From Planctomycetota bacterium (GTDB lineage: Bacteria; Planctomycetota; Planctomycetia; Pirellulales; UBA1268), in contig QWOQ01000005.1 of assembly GCA_003669585.1 (NCBI GenBank), positions 650,502 to 714,501 of the forward strand: a stretch of DNA of 64,000 nucleotides, in the 5' to 3' direction. The notes beneath the pieces are model-generated. The model saw only the letters and a list, made by a program, of their open reading frames with translations, was not told the origin of the DNA and did not search any database. Positions 10,167-20,004 of this stretch are shown here, in pieces. A program made the translations under genes and the position numbers. The stretch's first letter is position 1. The number at the start of each line of letters is the position of its first letter.

Positions 10167-11603
10167 CTACCGCAGAGGCGGAACTTTTGACGGATCGACG
10201 TCGAGAACCTGCGCGACTGCTCGCATCAAAATGCCTTCAGACTCCGGGGCCACATGGCTTGAGTCGGGTTGCGTTTCGTAACCACCTTGTCCATAGGAAA
10301 CCGCCGTGCCGATGTAAGCAGGGGCGTATTCACCGTAAGATGCCATCCCAACAAAAAGATCTGGCCGAAGACGCTGCGCGGCAAGTTGATATTCCACAAA
10401 CAATTCGCCTGGCATTGTGATCAATCGTGCTTTCCCAATCGATAGGCACGCTACATCAATCGTGTCTTCTGAATGACAGCGTCGCAGCCACGCCAACTGC
10501 TGCGCGCAACGAAACCGTTCCATCTGTGGCTTTGACGGATCAGCGAGTGTAGAGGCAAGCGATTCTTCGCGTAGATGTTTTGCCGGGGGAAGATGTACAG
10601 GGACAGACTTCCACGCAACTTCTTTCAATTCAATCGGCGTGCGAATCGTCGTCTTCCAGGCCCGTTCCATTCCAGCAGCGACCCGCTCGGCAAGGATCGC
10701 TCGATTCTCATGCGCTGCGTCGTTGTATTTCCCTGCCGTTATATTGCCACCGGCACCGTTGAAATGAAGATGCGGCACTCCGGTCGCCTCTTGCCTGAGA
10801 TTTCTTGCAATGCCCGGAAAGTCAGGATTGGCTTCACCTGTGCGGTAGTAGCTTTGTGGATGCGTTGCATACAACGAAACTGCCACCAGTGGTTTCTCTC
10901 CGTTCCAGAAACTCATCATTTTGAGAACCGGATCGATTGTGCCCTCCGGAAAGGCTCGTACTGTCTCGTCTTTCACCGAACTCCATCGCACGTGAATCAC
11001 ACGACCATCAGGGCCTTGCACGCGGCGATTACTCGCCACTTTTTCAACGATGCCTTCGCCGAGGCCCACGTGGGTTACCGGCTCCGCTGATGCGATTGCC
11101 ACCACCACTGCCTCTCGCACCCGTTGCATGACCACCCGTGCAAACGCCGTATCAAACGGCCGATAGTTCAACCCGTTTTCTGCGCACAGTGCATCAACGG
11201 TGGGATCGCACCAAATTGCATCATGCTGGTGCACGGTATGGATCGCCGTTCTCTCGAACGTCGTGCCGGCCGCGTCTGCCATCGCTTCGCGAAACTCGCG
11301 TTGACCGCCGTTACCAATACCGAGCCAGTCGACGCTCGAAAGAACAACTGGGGCATCTGCGCCGAGTATCACAATGCCTCTCGCCGACAGTGGTATCAAA
11401 ACTTTTGTGGTGGGATCATAGGCCATCCAGCTTCCTACTGGCGGTGACGCATCCACATTGAATACACCAACTCGCAGTCCTTGGGCTTGCGTCGATTGGC
11501 TCCCCGCGACCATCAGCGTCACAACATACATCCACCAGGCGATCAATTTTCTCACGCGCAGAGCCTCCTCAGTTCTTGATGTGTCACTCCCACAAAAGGC
11601 CAC
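10167..11603 (-). CDS. secreted hypothetical protein, possibly a neutral/alkaline-ceramidase-like hydrolase
   Basis: The 478-aa protein has a signal-peptide-like N-terminus (MYVVTLMVAGSQSTQAQG). The following GVFNVDASPPVGSWMAYD resembles the ceramidase N-terminal G..DITPP.G..m.GY pattern. The functional call is weak. Confidence 0.55.
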   Translation of the reverse strand: MAFCGSDTSRTEEALRVRKLIAWWMYVVTLMVAGSQSTQAQGLRVGVFNVDASPPVGSWMAYDPTTKVLIPLSARGIVILGADAPVVLSSVDWLGIGNGGQREFREAMADAAGTTFERTAIHTVHQHDAIWCDPTVDALCAENGLNYRPFDTAFARVVMQRVREAVVVAIASAEPVTHVGLGEGIVEKVASNRRVQGPDGRVIHVRWSSVKDETVRAFPEGTIDPVLKMMSFWNGEKPLVAVSLYATHPQSYYRTGEANPDFPGIARNLRQEATGVPHLHFNGAGGNITAGKYNDAAHENRAILAERVAAGMERAWKTTIRTPIELKEVAWKSVPVHLPPAKHLREESLASTLADPSKPQMERFRCAQQLAWLRRCHSEDTIDVACLSIGKARLITMPGELFVEYQLAAQRLRPDLFVGMASYGEYAPAYIGTAVSYGQGGYETQPDSSHVAPESEGILMRAVAQVLDVDPSKVPPLR

Positions 11604-11608
11604 TTCTT

Positions 11609-14600
11609 TTATCCCGCACTCAAGAGAAACTCGAATAGATCGGCCATTGATTTGGAATCAATTTGTTTTTCAAGACCTTCCGGCATCAGCGATTTTCCAG
11701 TGCTTTGGAGATGCTCGAGAGAATCTCTTGCAATCGTTTCTTCTCGGCCATCCGAAGTGCGCAGCGTAAGACTTGCAGCTGATTCGGAACTGATTAAACC
11801 ACTCCGCACACGCCCATCCTGTGTGACAACTACATACGCAAGATATTGGGGGTGAACCTCACGATTGGGATCGAGAACATTCACCAACAGGGATTCAGCG
11901 CCTCTGGCTTTCATTGCTGCCACATTTGGGCCGATCTCGTTGCCGATTCCTTCTACCCGATGACATGTTGAACAATTTTTTTCAAAAACTATTTTCCCGC
12001 TCGCGCGATCTCCTCGTTTTTCAAGTACTTCGCGATACGATTCGACAACCTTGCCACGCTGGGGTTCGTTGGCCTTCGACAGGAGTCGCGTGGCACGCTC
12101 TCGCAAGGCGACGTCGGGATATCGGGTGAGCGATTCCAAATGCAATCGTTCAAGATCGGCCACAGGCAACCGTCCCGATTCAAGTGCATCGAGCAAGAGG
12201 GCGACCCGCTGCGATTGCCCCAATAAAACCTCCGATGCCCGTCTTCGTATTTCAGGGGAAAGAGACGACCACACCGACAGAATGTCTTCTGCAACAGTTC
12301 CTTCAACATGTGCGTCCATAGCTTCTAGAGACGTCGTTGCAATTTCTCGAGACTGTGACGACGAAAGATTGGTAACAAGAATATTTCTCACGTCATCCAT
12401 ATTTCCAAGAGAAAGCCCTCGTATCGCACTGCACCGAGTTTCGATCGACTCTTTCCCATCACAAGCAATCTCAAGGGCTCTAGCAACAAGCTCTTTCACA
12501 AGACTTTCCGTCCGTGTGGTTGGTTGAATATCCGCAAGGAATCGACCCTTGGACGCAAGTGATCGCTTGAGTTCCACCAGCAGTGCAGTTGCTTGGTCGG
12601 GACGATTGGTTTTTAAACTTTCAAGCAGTTCGATCATCTCCGAAAGTTCTGACGGATTCGCTTTCATTCCGACCTGAGCAAGAAGACCGCTCAACACGGC
12701 ATCATCAACAGAAGGTTGTTGCTCAAAAGATCGCATGAGAATCGCTTTGAACACTTGAAAAGAATCTGACTTGAGCGACGTAAAGGCTGCCATTCGAATC
12801 CACCGATCTGCTCCATCCCGCATGAGCATGGCCGTAAGGGCATGAAACCGAACGTGCTCAGGAAGCATGCCAAGCGTGAAGGCAAGCTGATACCGAACGG
12901 CACTATTCTGTTCGTTTTCAACCATCACACGAATCGCCTCAGCCATCTCAGTGGTCGTCAGAGGCAGTTCCTGCGATCCCTCGCCGCGATCGTTAAGGAA
13001 CACTTCAGAAAGTCGCACCCCGTGCATCCGAAGCATCGGTTCTTCGGATCCAAGACACGCAAGCACATCGTCAACGAGAAGTCGCTTCATACCGTGAAGC
13101 AGATAGGCTGCATGCATTCGACCGAGAGGGACTGCCGAGCGATTTCGAACGAGATTGCGAAGCAGTTCTTCTGCTGACAAATCATTCTGCTCGTGAAGCA
13201 GCCTCGAGGCGCTCTCACGGTGCCATGCATTGGGGTGTGACAACATTGTCACTTTTTCTTCACTCGATGCTCCTCGAATATCGAGCGTTTTTCGATGAGT
13301 CCACCCTTCAGGAACCAATCGCCAAATCCTGCCGCGATCGCGTCCGCTATCAAGATCGAGATGCTTTTTAATAACCGGCGGCAGACTGTTTGGATGCTCG
13401 ATCACTTCGCGATAGACGTCTGCGACGTAGATCGCTCCGTCCGGTCCATTTGCAAATTGTGCTGGCCGAAACCAGATGTCGGTTGATGCGACTAGTTCGC
13501 TTTCCACATCGATGCGTTCGGCAACCTGCCCGAGCCCTTCTGTACGCAATGCTTTGCGATGAATGACATTGCTGCCAACGTCACCGATTAAGAGCATGCC
13601 CAAAAGATTCGGGCCAAAGGCATCGCCGCGCACAGGCATAATTCCAGTAGCACTGGTGAAGTATCCCGCTGCCCGTCCGCCGCCCTCAAGAATTCCAGGA
13701 ACCGCGCCAGACGCCCTCAAACGAGTTCGCACGATTCGCCACGGCTCAACAGGACTCGATCTATAAATAGGCGCTTGCGGCCCATCTGCAGCGATGCTGA
13801 CTTTCGCTGGCGGCGGTGCGTAAAAAGGATTGCGTGCAAGGTATCGATCTTCTGCCATACAACGAATCGCATGGTCGCTGTTGTGACAAACAAATTTCCG
13901 ACCCCAGTCGTCAAATCCCAGACCGTGTTGTGCACCACCTGTTTCGGCTCGGAAGTCGAGCGTTTCTGGATCAAACGAGAAATCCCTTCCACGAACGTTC
14001 ACTGCCGAAGCCTCGGCAGAGACTGGTTTCCCTTCAAGATCAGTCACCCGAACAATTTCCCCGCCATTGGAGCTGGCGGATCCGTGGATTCGATCATCGA
14101 ATCCCCATGCAAATGAATTCAGCAATCCCTGCACATTGCCGACACCAAAACCAGAAAAAATACGATGTCGAACTTCAGCAACACCATCACCGTCGACATC
14201 CTTGAGATAGAGAATGTCCGGTGCATCAGCAACAAAGATGCCACCATTCCAGCAGGTCACAGCGGTTGGCCAAAGGAGTCCATCGGCAAAGATCGTTGCG
14301 AGATCGTAAAGACCATCATCGTTCTCGTCGACGAGCAAACGAATGCGACTGATCTTATCGTCTCGGTGCTCGCTGTAACCCCGCATCTCGACGACATAAA
14401 GACGCCCTCGTTCATCCCACGCCATTGCCACAGGACTCGCCACAAGCGGTTCAGCAGCAACCAGCGAAAAATGAAATCCTGGCTTTACTCGCATCGTTGC
14501 CGACGCAAGATTGGATTCAACTGGATCAATGCGCGAAAGTTCTTTGGAAAAGTCTACGGGATCTGTTGGCGAATCCGAAACGGCCTGCACGTCCTGAAAA

Positions 14601-14653
14601 AACTCTACCACGAGTGCAAGAATAATGAGCCCAAACAGACGTTTCATTTGCAT
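11609..14653 (-). CDS. PVC-type membrane-bound dehydrogenase-domain / HEAT-repeat protein with a C-terminal c-type heme site
   Basis: The 1014-aa protein has a signal peptide, a beta-propeller-like N-terminal half (DVDGDGVAE), a HEAT-like middle, and a C-terminal CSTCHRVEGIGNEIGPN cytochrome c motif. This architecture is typical of Planctomycetes/Verrucomicrobia. Confidence 0.8.
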   Translation of the reverse strand: MQMKRLFGLIILALVVEFFQDVQAVSDSPTDPVDFSKELSRIDPVESNLASATMRVKPGFHFSLVAAEPLVASPVAMAWDERGRLYVVEMRGYSEHRDDKISRIRLLVDENDDGLYDLATIFADGLLWPTAVTCWNGGIFVADAPDILYLKDVDGDGVAEVRHRIFSGFGVGNVQGLLNSFAWGFDDRIHGSASSNGGEIVRVTDLEGKPVSAEASAVNVRGRDFSFDPETLDFRAETGGAQHGLGFDDWGRKFVCHNSDHAIRCMAEDRYLARNPFYAPPPAKVSIAADGPQAPIYRSSPVEPWRIVRTRLRASGAVPGILEGGGRAAGYFTSATGIMPVRGDAFGPNLLGMLLIGDVGSNVIHRKALRTEGLGQVAERIDVESELVASTDIWFRPAQFANGPDGAIYVADVYREVIEHPNSLPPVIKKHLDLDSGRDRGRIWRLVPEGWTHRKTLDIRGASSEEKVTMLSHPNAWHRESASRLLHEQNDLSAEELLRNLVRNRSAVPLGRMHAAYLLHGMKRLLVDDVLACLGSEEPMLRMHGVRLSEVFLNDRGEGSQELPLTTTEMAEAIRVMVENEQNSAVRYQLAFTLGMLPEHVRFHALTAMLMRDGADRWIRMAAFTSLKSDSFQVFKAILMRSFEQQPSVDDAVLSGLLAQVGMKANPSELSEMIELLESLKTNRPDQATALLVELKRSLASKGRFLADIQPTTRTESLVKELVARALEIACDGKESIETRCSAIRGLSLGNMDDVRNILVTNLSSSQSREIATTSLEAMDAHVEGTVAEDILSVWSSLSPEIRRRASEVLLGQSQRVALLLDALESGRLPVADLERLHLESLTRYPDVALRERATRLLSKANEPQRGKVVESYREVLEKRGDRASGKIVFEKNCSTCHRVEGIGNEIGPNVAAMKARGAESLLVNVLDPNREVHPQYLAYVVVTQDGRVRSGLISSESAASLTLRTSDGREETIARDSLEHLQSTGKSLMPEGLEKQIDSKSMADLFEFLLSAG

Positions 14654-14728
14654 CTTCCACGGTCACTGCACCGAATGCGTCAGAGCCTCACAAGGAATTC
14701 GCAAACGATTGTTTCCATTCAGATTTTA

Positions 14729-16411
14729 TCACGACTTTTTATAGCTATCGCGAGTGATATCCGGCACGACTCCTTCCGGAGTTTCATCATTGAAAATGTC
14801 GAACCATTCTGGCTTGAAGTCGATTCGGCCACGGGCCTCCGGCTTTGCCAATGCAATATTGCTCGTGAGCGCAATCACCGCATCTGCAATCGCAACTTCC
14901 GGCTTGCAGCGCGGCTGATTGTCTGGCGAGGGATTCCGAATGCACCACGCCCAATGTTCCATCTCCTCGGTATAACCACGACTCGGCGGGCCGCTTTCTG
15001 GAGCGGCTTTGCCTGTCGCGTAACCGGCACCGCCGCTCTCGGTGGTGTCGAGCGTTGGCGTGCCATCTTTTGCCTTGGAAACCGTGACTCGGGTATCTTT
15101 CGTTGCTCCCTTATAGAGCATCACATCCTGTTCGCGTTCCAGTACAAGAGTGCCCTTGGTTCCCATGACCACCTCGCCGTAGTCACCAAATCCATTTCCG
15201 TTGATCGATGAGTAGGTGACTACGATTTTCTTGTTTTTATCTTCTTCATACCCAGGTGCCGGATATTCGAACATGCAGTACACGTGATCATCTATTTCGC
15301 GATCCGCTGGAAAAATCTGCCTTCCACCAACTGCCGTAACACTCAGCGGACGAACCTTGGTGCCGTCGCCCCGCATTGCAGAGACAAATATTCCAGCCGC
15401 ATCGAGTTGATGGCTGCCGAGTTCGGCCATGAGCCCACCACCCGTGCGATTCCACAAACGCCAGCGAATGAGTTCTTCAAGCGGCGTCCGCGTCGAACCG
15501 TCCGGCAACGTAATTTGCGTGTAGCCAAATTTTGCGGGATCGATCGCAGCATCTAAAAGTTGAGCCGTAAGCTGTGCAATCTTTTTTTGCAAAGCATCGA
15601 TGTCCGAAGGCTTTGCCTTCTCGAGATCTTTTTTCCATCCCTCGAGTTTCGATACGAGTGAAGCATCTCCAGGCATTGCCGGCTTCCAACTGTCATTTCC
15701 GGGAAGATTGCCGCGATGCCACTGGGCACGAATCGAATGCAGATCCCCAAGCAGCTTTGCCTTGCCAATGGTGTGAACGGCATTGTCGTAGAGAATGCTG
15801 TAGTGACGCTGATGCCCTGTCGCCAGAAGTTTATTGGTTTCTTTCGCGACACGCCCCATCTCTTTGCACTCGTGAACACTGTGCCCCATGAGCTTTTCGG
15901 TGAGCACATGCTTCCCGGCTCTCATTGCCTGGATGGACGCTTGCGCATGCAGATGTAACGGCAAGGCAATCACAACAGCTTCGACATTTGAATCCGCGAG
16001 GAGTTCTTCGTATCCACCATAAACCTTGACTGACTTGCGAGCCTCGTCCTCGCTCTTCCATTTATACTTCGACAAGAGACCCGGTCGGGCCGCGAGCGCA
16101 CTTGGGCTCGAAACATCGCCGTGAAACGCTCGAAATATGTTGTATGGACGGATATCGGCAATCGCGACCACTTGAAGATAGTCTGGGGTATGTGCACCAA
16201 TCAGCACGCTTCCCTCGTCGCCAGTACCGATGATTCCAACGCGAACAGGATTGCCGGCGCTGCGACCGTAGCCGAAGTACAGCGAGCCGAGCCCCGCTCC
16301 GCTGGCCACTCCTGCAGCGAGCGTTCCTGTCAGAAAATCTCGACGCGAGACGCCAATTACTTCGGCAAAATTTTCTTTGCCGATCGTCTTTTGCTGTTCG
16401 CTTAAATACAT
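14729..16411 (-). CDS. Gfo/Idh/MocA family oxidoreductase with a twin-arginine signal
   Basis: It carries the Tat motif SRRDFLTGTLAAGVASGAG, followed by a Rossmann VRVGIIGTGDEG segment and a GKHVLTEKLM (EKP-like) motif. The start is set to the internal Met at 16411. Confidence 0.85.
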   Translation of the reverse strand: MYLSEQQKTIGKENFAEVIGVSRRDFLTGTLAAGVASGAGLGSLYFGYGRSAGNPVRVGIIGTGDEGSVLIGAHTPDYLQVVAIADIRPYNIFRAFHGDVSSPSALAARPGLLSKYKWKSEDEARKSVKVYGGYEELLADSNVEAVVIALPLHLHAQASIQAMRAGKHVLTEKLMGHSVHECKEMGRVAKETNKLLATGHQRHYSILYDNAVHTIGKAKLLGDLHSIRAQWHRGNLPGNDSWKPAMPGDASLVSKLEGWKKDLEKAKPSDIDALQKKIAQLTAQLLDAAIDPAKFGYTQITLPDGSTRTPLEELIRWRLWNRTGGGLMAELGSHQLDAAGIFVSAMRGDGTKVRPLSVTAVGGRQIFPADREIDDHVYCMFEYPAPGYEEDKNKKIVVTYSSINGNGFGDYGEVVMGTKGTLVLEREQDVMLYKGATKDTRVTVSKAKDGTPTLDTTESGGAGYATGKAAPESGPPSRGYTEEMEHWAWCIRNPSPDNQPRCKPEVAIADAVIALTSNIALAKPEARGRIDFKPEWFDIFNDETPEGVVPDITRDSYKKS

Positions 16412-16450
16412 CGCTCCACCTCGAAAATCAGAGTAAATATTTCTACACAC

Positions 16451-17413
16451 TTACACAGAAGCACTACGGTTGCTGCCCGACCTTCGGCAGCAACGACCCA
16501 AGAGAAAGTAGTCCAGTCCTATCCATCCTCCTGAAGGCATCGACGCAATCACCAGAAGTGCCGACAGTTCGACCCATTGATCATAGGTCGGCTGAGCTCC
16601 GACAACCCAGGGAGGCTGTGCGGCAATGATACTTGAGAGGAAGAAAACTCCACCCATCGCATTGAATTTTGTAAGGAACCCCAGTACCAGACAGCTCCCA
16701 ATGGTCACCAGCGACCAACTGACAAACCGATCTACCTGCCACAAAGAGTTCGGGGAAACAGTCGCAGCCACTTTTTTTTGATCAGCTGCTGAAAGAGATT
16801 GATTCAGACACGTTTTTAAATGCCTGCTGATTGCCGAAACGTCGTTCATCCATGCAGTTGCCTTTCCATCAAGTTCTTTTTGTTTTTTTGTTATCCGATC
16901 ACGGGCAAAGGGAATCGCTTCAGATCCAGCCTGTCGCCGCATGGCATCGAGTCGCACAAGCTGCCCGCGATAATCAATCAGATCCTCTTCTAATTCAGAC
17001 AGATAGCCATCGAGCGATTTGGAGGCTGACTCAAACGCTTTTTCCGAATCCGCCACCCGTGCGGGGTCTGGCTTGGAAACCTGATTTTGAAGCACAATCA
17101 TCGCTCGCCAGTCTGCGACTACGCTCTCTTCCCACGCTTGAGTCGCTTCCAGAGGCGTGCGGCCATCGAGTCGGCCAAGCGTGTCACGCCACTCTCCTTC
17201 TTGGGGAAGACCTTCACGAAAGAAATTCGCAAGCGGCCCGACTGCCGCACGGCGAAATCCGGCGCTCGACCACTGCGGATCGCGCAGGTGGCCAAGTCCT
17301 TCAATAAAAAAATGTCCGCCGACGACGAGTCGAAGCAAGACCAGTGAGAGCGTTGCGAGAAGAGTTGTCCGCATAAAAATCGCCAGCATGATGAAAGTCA
17401 GAAATTCAAACAA
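16451..17413 (-). CDS. DoxX-like integral membrane protein with a large central soluble insertion
   Basis: The N-terminal TM segment with LLRLVVGGHFFIEGLGHL is DoxX-like. About 170 aa of soluble region follow, and then C-terminal TM segments. It ends directly upstream of the oxidoreductase gene. Confidence 0.55.
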   Translation of the reverse strand: MFEFLTFIMLAIFMRTTLLATLSLVLLRLVVGGHFFIEGLGHLRDPQWSSAGFRRAAVGPLANFFREGLPQEGEWRDTLGRLDGRTPLEATQAWEESVVADWRAMIVLQNQVSKPDPARVADSEKAFESASKSLDGYLSELEEDLIDYRGQLVRLDAMRRQAGSEAIPFARDRITKKQKELDGKATAWMNDVSAISRHLKTCLNQSLSAADQKKVAATVSPNSLWQVDRFVSWSLVTIGSCLVLGFLTKFNAMGGVFFLSSIIAAQPPWVVGAQPTYDQWVELSALLVIASMPSGGWIGLDYFLLGRCCRRSGSNRSASV

Positions 17414-17681
17414 ACAACAGACAGTATGAACTCAGTTTGGCCCAAAAGTTTCTCCAGCAACCATAGTATGCCTCGAACGGATCTCGGCGACAACGTGCTC
17501 TCTGGGAGTTTGATCCACTGCCGCGGTACAAAAAAGGTTTATTTCCTTCTTTTTCCGTAGAGTGAGGCGGCCCATTCTCGTTGTGAATACCCTGCGTGAA
17601 CAGATTCGCCGTACGTGTTTGCTGGCGGCACAATACCGACAGCAATTTTGAAATCGCGACAATCCCTGAAAGAATATTCTG

Positions 17682-18674
17682 ATGAACCCGCCACGACTGG
17701 TCCTGTGTTATCCCGTTGAACCCAAACATGTTCAACAAATTCAAGCCGCAGCAGGCGATGCTCTCGTGTCGGTCTCCTCTCAGGAGTCGATTGCCTCTGA
17801 TCTCTTTTCTGCCGATCTGTTCTGTGGTCATCCCAAGATGCCGGTACCGTGGGACGACATTGTCGCTGCGGGCAGACTCCAGTGGATTCAATCGTCGGCG
17901 GCCGGGCTCGACTACTGCCTCGTGCCAAGCGTTATCAATTCGAATATTATCGTCACCAGCGCGTCTGGCGTGCTGGCCGATCAAGTTGCTGAGCATGCCC
18001 TCGCACTTGCTTTGGCACTCTCCAGACGCATCCCTCTTTTTCTTTCGCAGCAGTCGGCACGCGAGTTTGTTCGCCGGCCAACTCGAGACCTTACCGGATC
18101 GACAATCGGTATCGTAGGCCTCGGTGGCGTTGGACGACGACTTGCCGAGGTTCTCTCTCCTTTTCGCGTGCGACTGCTGGCCACTGATTTTTTTCCGATC
18201 CACCGACCACCATGCGTCGAAGAGTTGCGAGGCCCCGATTCTCTCCGCTGGCTGCTCGAACAGAGCGACGTCGTTTTTTTGTGCGTTCCATTGACATCGC
18301 TGACGAGAGGCATGATCAATTCGCAAACCCTCGGTTGCATGAAGCGAGGAAGCATGCTGATTAACATGGCGAGAGGACCATTGGTCGAAGAACATGCGTT
18401 GGTTGATGCGTTGGAAAGTGGCCACCTTGACTCTGCAGCGCTTGACGTGACTCCAACAGAACCTCCCGACCCTCAGAGTCGATTGTGGACGGCCCCTCGA
18501 CTGATTCTGACGCCTCACGTTGCAGGGCAATCAGCACAACGAATCAACACGATGACCGATTTCTTTTGCAACAATCTTGAGAGATGGCACCAGCACTTAC
18601 CGTTGGCAAATCTTGTCGACAAGCGTCTCGGGTTCCCTGAACCTCCTGGTGTTTCAGTTTCTTCAACACCATGA
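17682..18674 (+). CDS. D-isomer-specific 2-hydroxyacid dehydrogenase family protein
   Basis: It has the NAD-binding IGIVGLGGVGRRLAEVL motif, the catalytic region MARGPLVEEHALVDALESGHLDSAALDVTPTEP, and TPHVAG. Confidence 0.85.
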   Translation: MNPPRLVLCYPVEPKHVQQIQAAAGDALVSVSSQESIASDLFSADLFCGHPKMPVPWDDIVAAGRLQWIQSSAAGLDYCLVPSVINSNIIVTSASGVLADQVAEHALALALALSRRIPLFLSQQSAREFVRRPTRDLTGSTIGIVGLGGVGRRLAEVLSPFRVRLLATDFFPIHRPPCVEELRGPDSLRWLLEQSDVVFLCVPLTSLTRGMINSQTLGCMKRGSMLINMARGPLVEEHALVDALESGHLDSAALDVTPTEPPDPQSRLWTAPRLILTPHVAGQSAQRINTMTDFFCNNLERWHQHLPLANLVDKRLGFPEPPGVSVSSTP

Positions 18675-18885
18675 CTCTGTCGCATATCACAACACAAAAT
18701 GCACTCATTCCTGTAAACTTTTGGTTCTTTTTTATCTCTTGGCTTAGAATTGGTGACTGTTGGTGGGAGTCTCTTACTTCTTTCCATGCCACGAGATTTT
18801 TTACATGAATCTCGCTGTTGGTGGATTGAGATGACTTTCTTTTTTGGACGATTGAATTTGATATTCAGAAGGCGGCCCGAGAACT

Positions 18886-19989
18886 ATGACTACGACCCTT
18901 TTCCAAGAAGATCGTCGCACTATTTCTGCGACGGGTGAAACGCTGCGACGATGCCCAGACGCAATGCTTTCCCGTTATGCGGAATTACTCGAAACTGGCC
19001 GTATTCACTGGACCGAATACCATCACCTCGAACGGCGATTAGGATCGGGCGGACAGGGAGTCGTCTACCTGACCATGCGACGAGGATCGGATCACTTCAC
19101 ACTCCCCGTAGCAGTAAAAATCTTTTCTCCGGAGCGTTACGAAAACGAACGGACGTATGACGAGGCGATGGAACGTATTGCACGCGTCTCGGCACGTGTT
19201 GCCTTGATTCAGCAGGACAACCTTTTGGACGTCCATAATTTCGTTGAACAGCGCCGCATTCGTTTGATGGAAATGGAGTGGATTGACGGCTACGATCTCG
19301 CGAGGTTGCTCACTCCCGAAATGCTTCAGCGAACGCACGAGCGAGTGAATGCCGATCGATGGAAATACTTGAACAACGTCATTGTGACCTCTGGACCACA
19401 ACAGTCTCGTCTCAAGCCAGGAATCGCAATCGCGATCGTTCGTGAATGCCTCGCCGCGCTTGCCGCGTTGCACCGCGATGGAATCGTTCACGGAGATATC
19501 AAGAGTTCAAACATCATGATCAAGCGCACTGGTAATGCGAAAATTATCGATATTGGCTCGGCCCTTGAACTCGACAACATACCGACCCATCGCACCTGCA
19601 CGCCTGCCTATGCCGCCCCAGAGGTTTTAGAGGGTCGCGAATGTAGCCCACGTTCGGATCTGGCGAGTCTCGGCTACGTGCTTGTCGAGATGCTCTCCGG
19701 ACGACCTCCGTTTGCCGGACTGCAATCGTACCGCGAACTTCTTGAAGCGAAGCGATCGATCGTACAGAACCTGTCTCACATTCTGCCTGCTGAAGTGAGT
19801 TGCAATGAACTCTTGATGAACTTTTGTCGGGGCCTCATCGCTCCTGATCCAGGGAGACGCTTTCCGAGCGCGGAAGCGGCCGACTTAGTCAAAGAAGGTG
19901 CGGCGAGTTTTCATCGTCAATTGATTGTGGGTGGATTGGCGAGCGAATATGAAAACGAAATTCGTCTCTGGCTTGAAGAACTTGAGTAA
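18886..19989 (+). CDS. Hanks-type serine/threonine protein kinase, stand-alone kinase domain
   Basis: It has the G-loop LGSGGQGVVY, VAVKIF (VAIK Lys), the catalytic loop HGDIKSSN, DIG in place of DFG, and AAPE. Confidence 0.85.
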   Translation: MTTTLFQEDRRTISATGETLRRCPDAMLSRYAELLETGRIHWTEYHHLERRLGSGGQGVVYLTMRRGSDHFTLPVAVKIFSPERYENERTYDEAMERIARVSARVALIQQDNLLDVHNFVEQRRIRLMEMEWIDGYDLARLLTPEMLQRTHERVNADRWKYLNNVIVTSGPQQSRLKPGIAIAIVRECLAALAALHRDGIVHGDIKSSNIMIKRTGNAKIIDIGSALELDNIPTHRTCTPAYAAPEVLEGRECSPRSDLASLGYVLVEMLSGRPPFAGLQSYRELLEAKRSIVQNLSHILPAEVSCNELLMNFCRGLIAPDPGRRFPSAEAADLVKEGAASFHRQLIVGGLASEYENEIRLWLEELE

Positions 19990-20004
19990 CACCCCGGGTG
20001 TTCG

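Noticed and set aside
14165-15211. A 348-aa ORF on the plus strand.
   Set aside because: It is antisense to the end of the heme-binding protein gene and the end of the Gfo/Idh/MocA gene, and it crosses their intergenic gap. Its composition is not protein-like.
17715-17736. The inverted repeat GTTGAAC-N8-GTTCAAC. It shares the 9-mer ACATGTTCA with the recA operator.
   Set aside because: It lies inside the first 55 nt of the dehydrogenase coding sequence. Its spacer is 8 nt rather than 4 nt, so only one half-site matches.
17406-18530. A 374-aa ORF on the minus strand.
   Set aside because: It is fully antisense to the 2-hydroxyacid dehydrogenase gene, which has unambiguous family motifs. The antisense translation is Arg/Ser/Gln-rich with no motif, so it is a shadow ORF.
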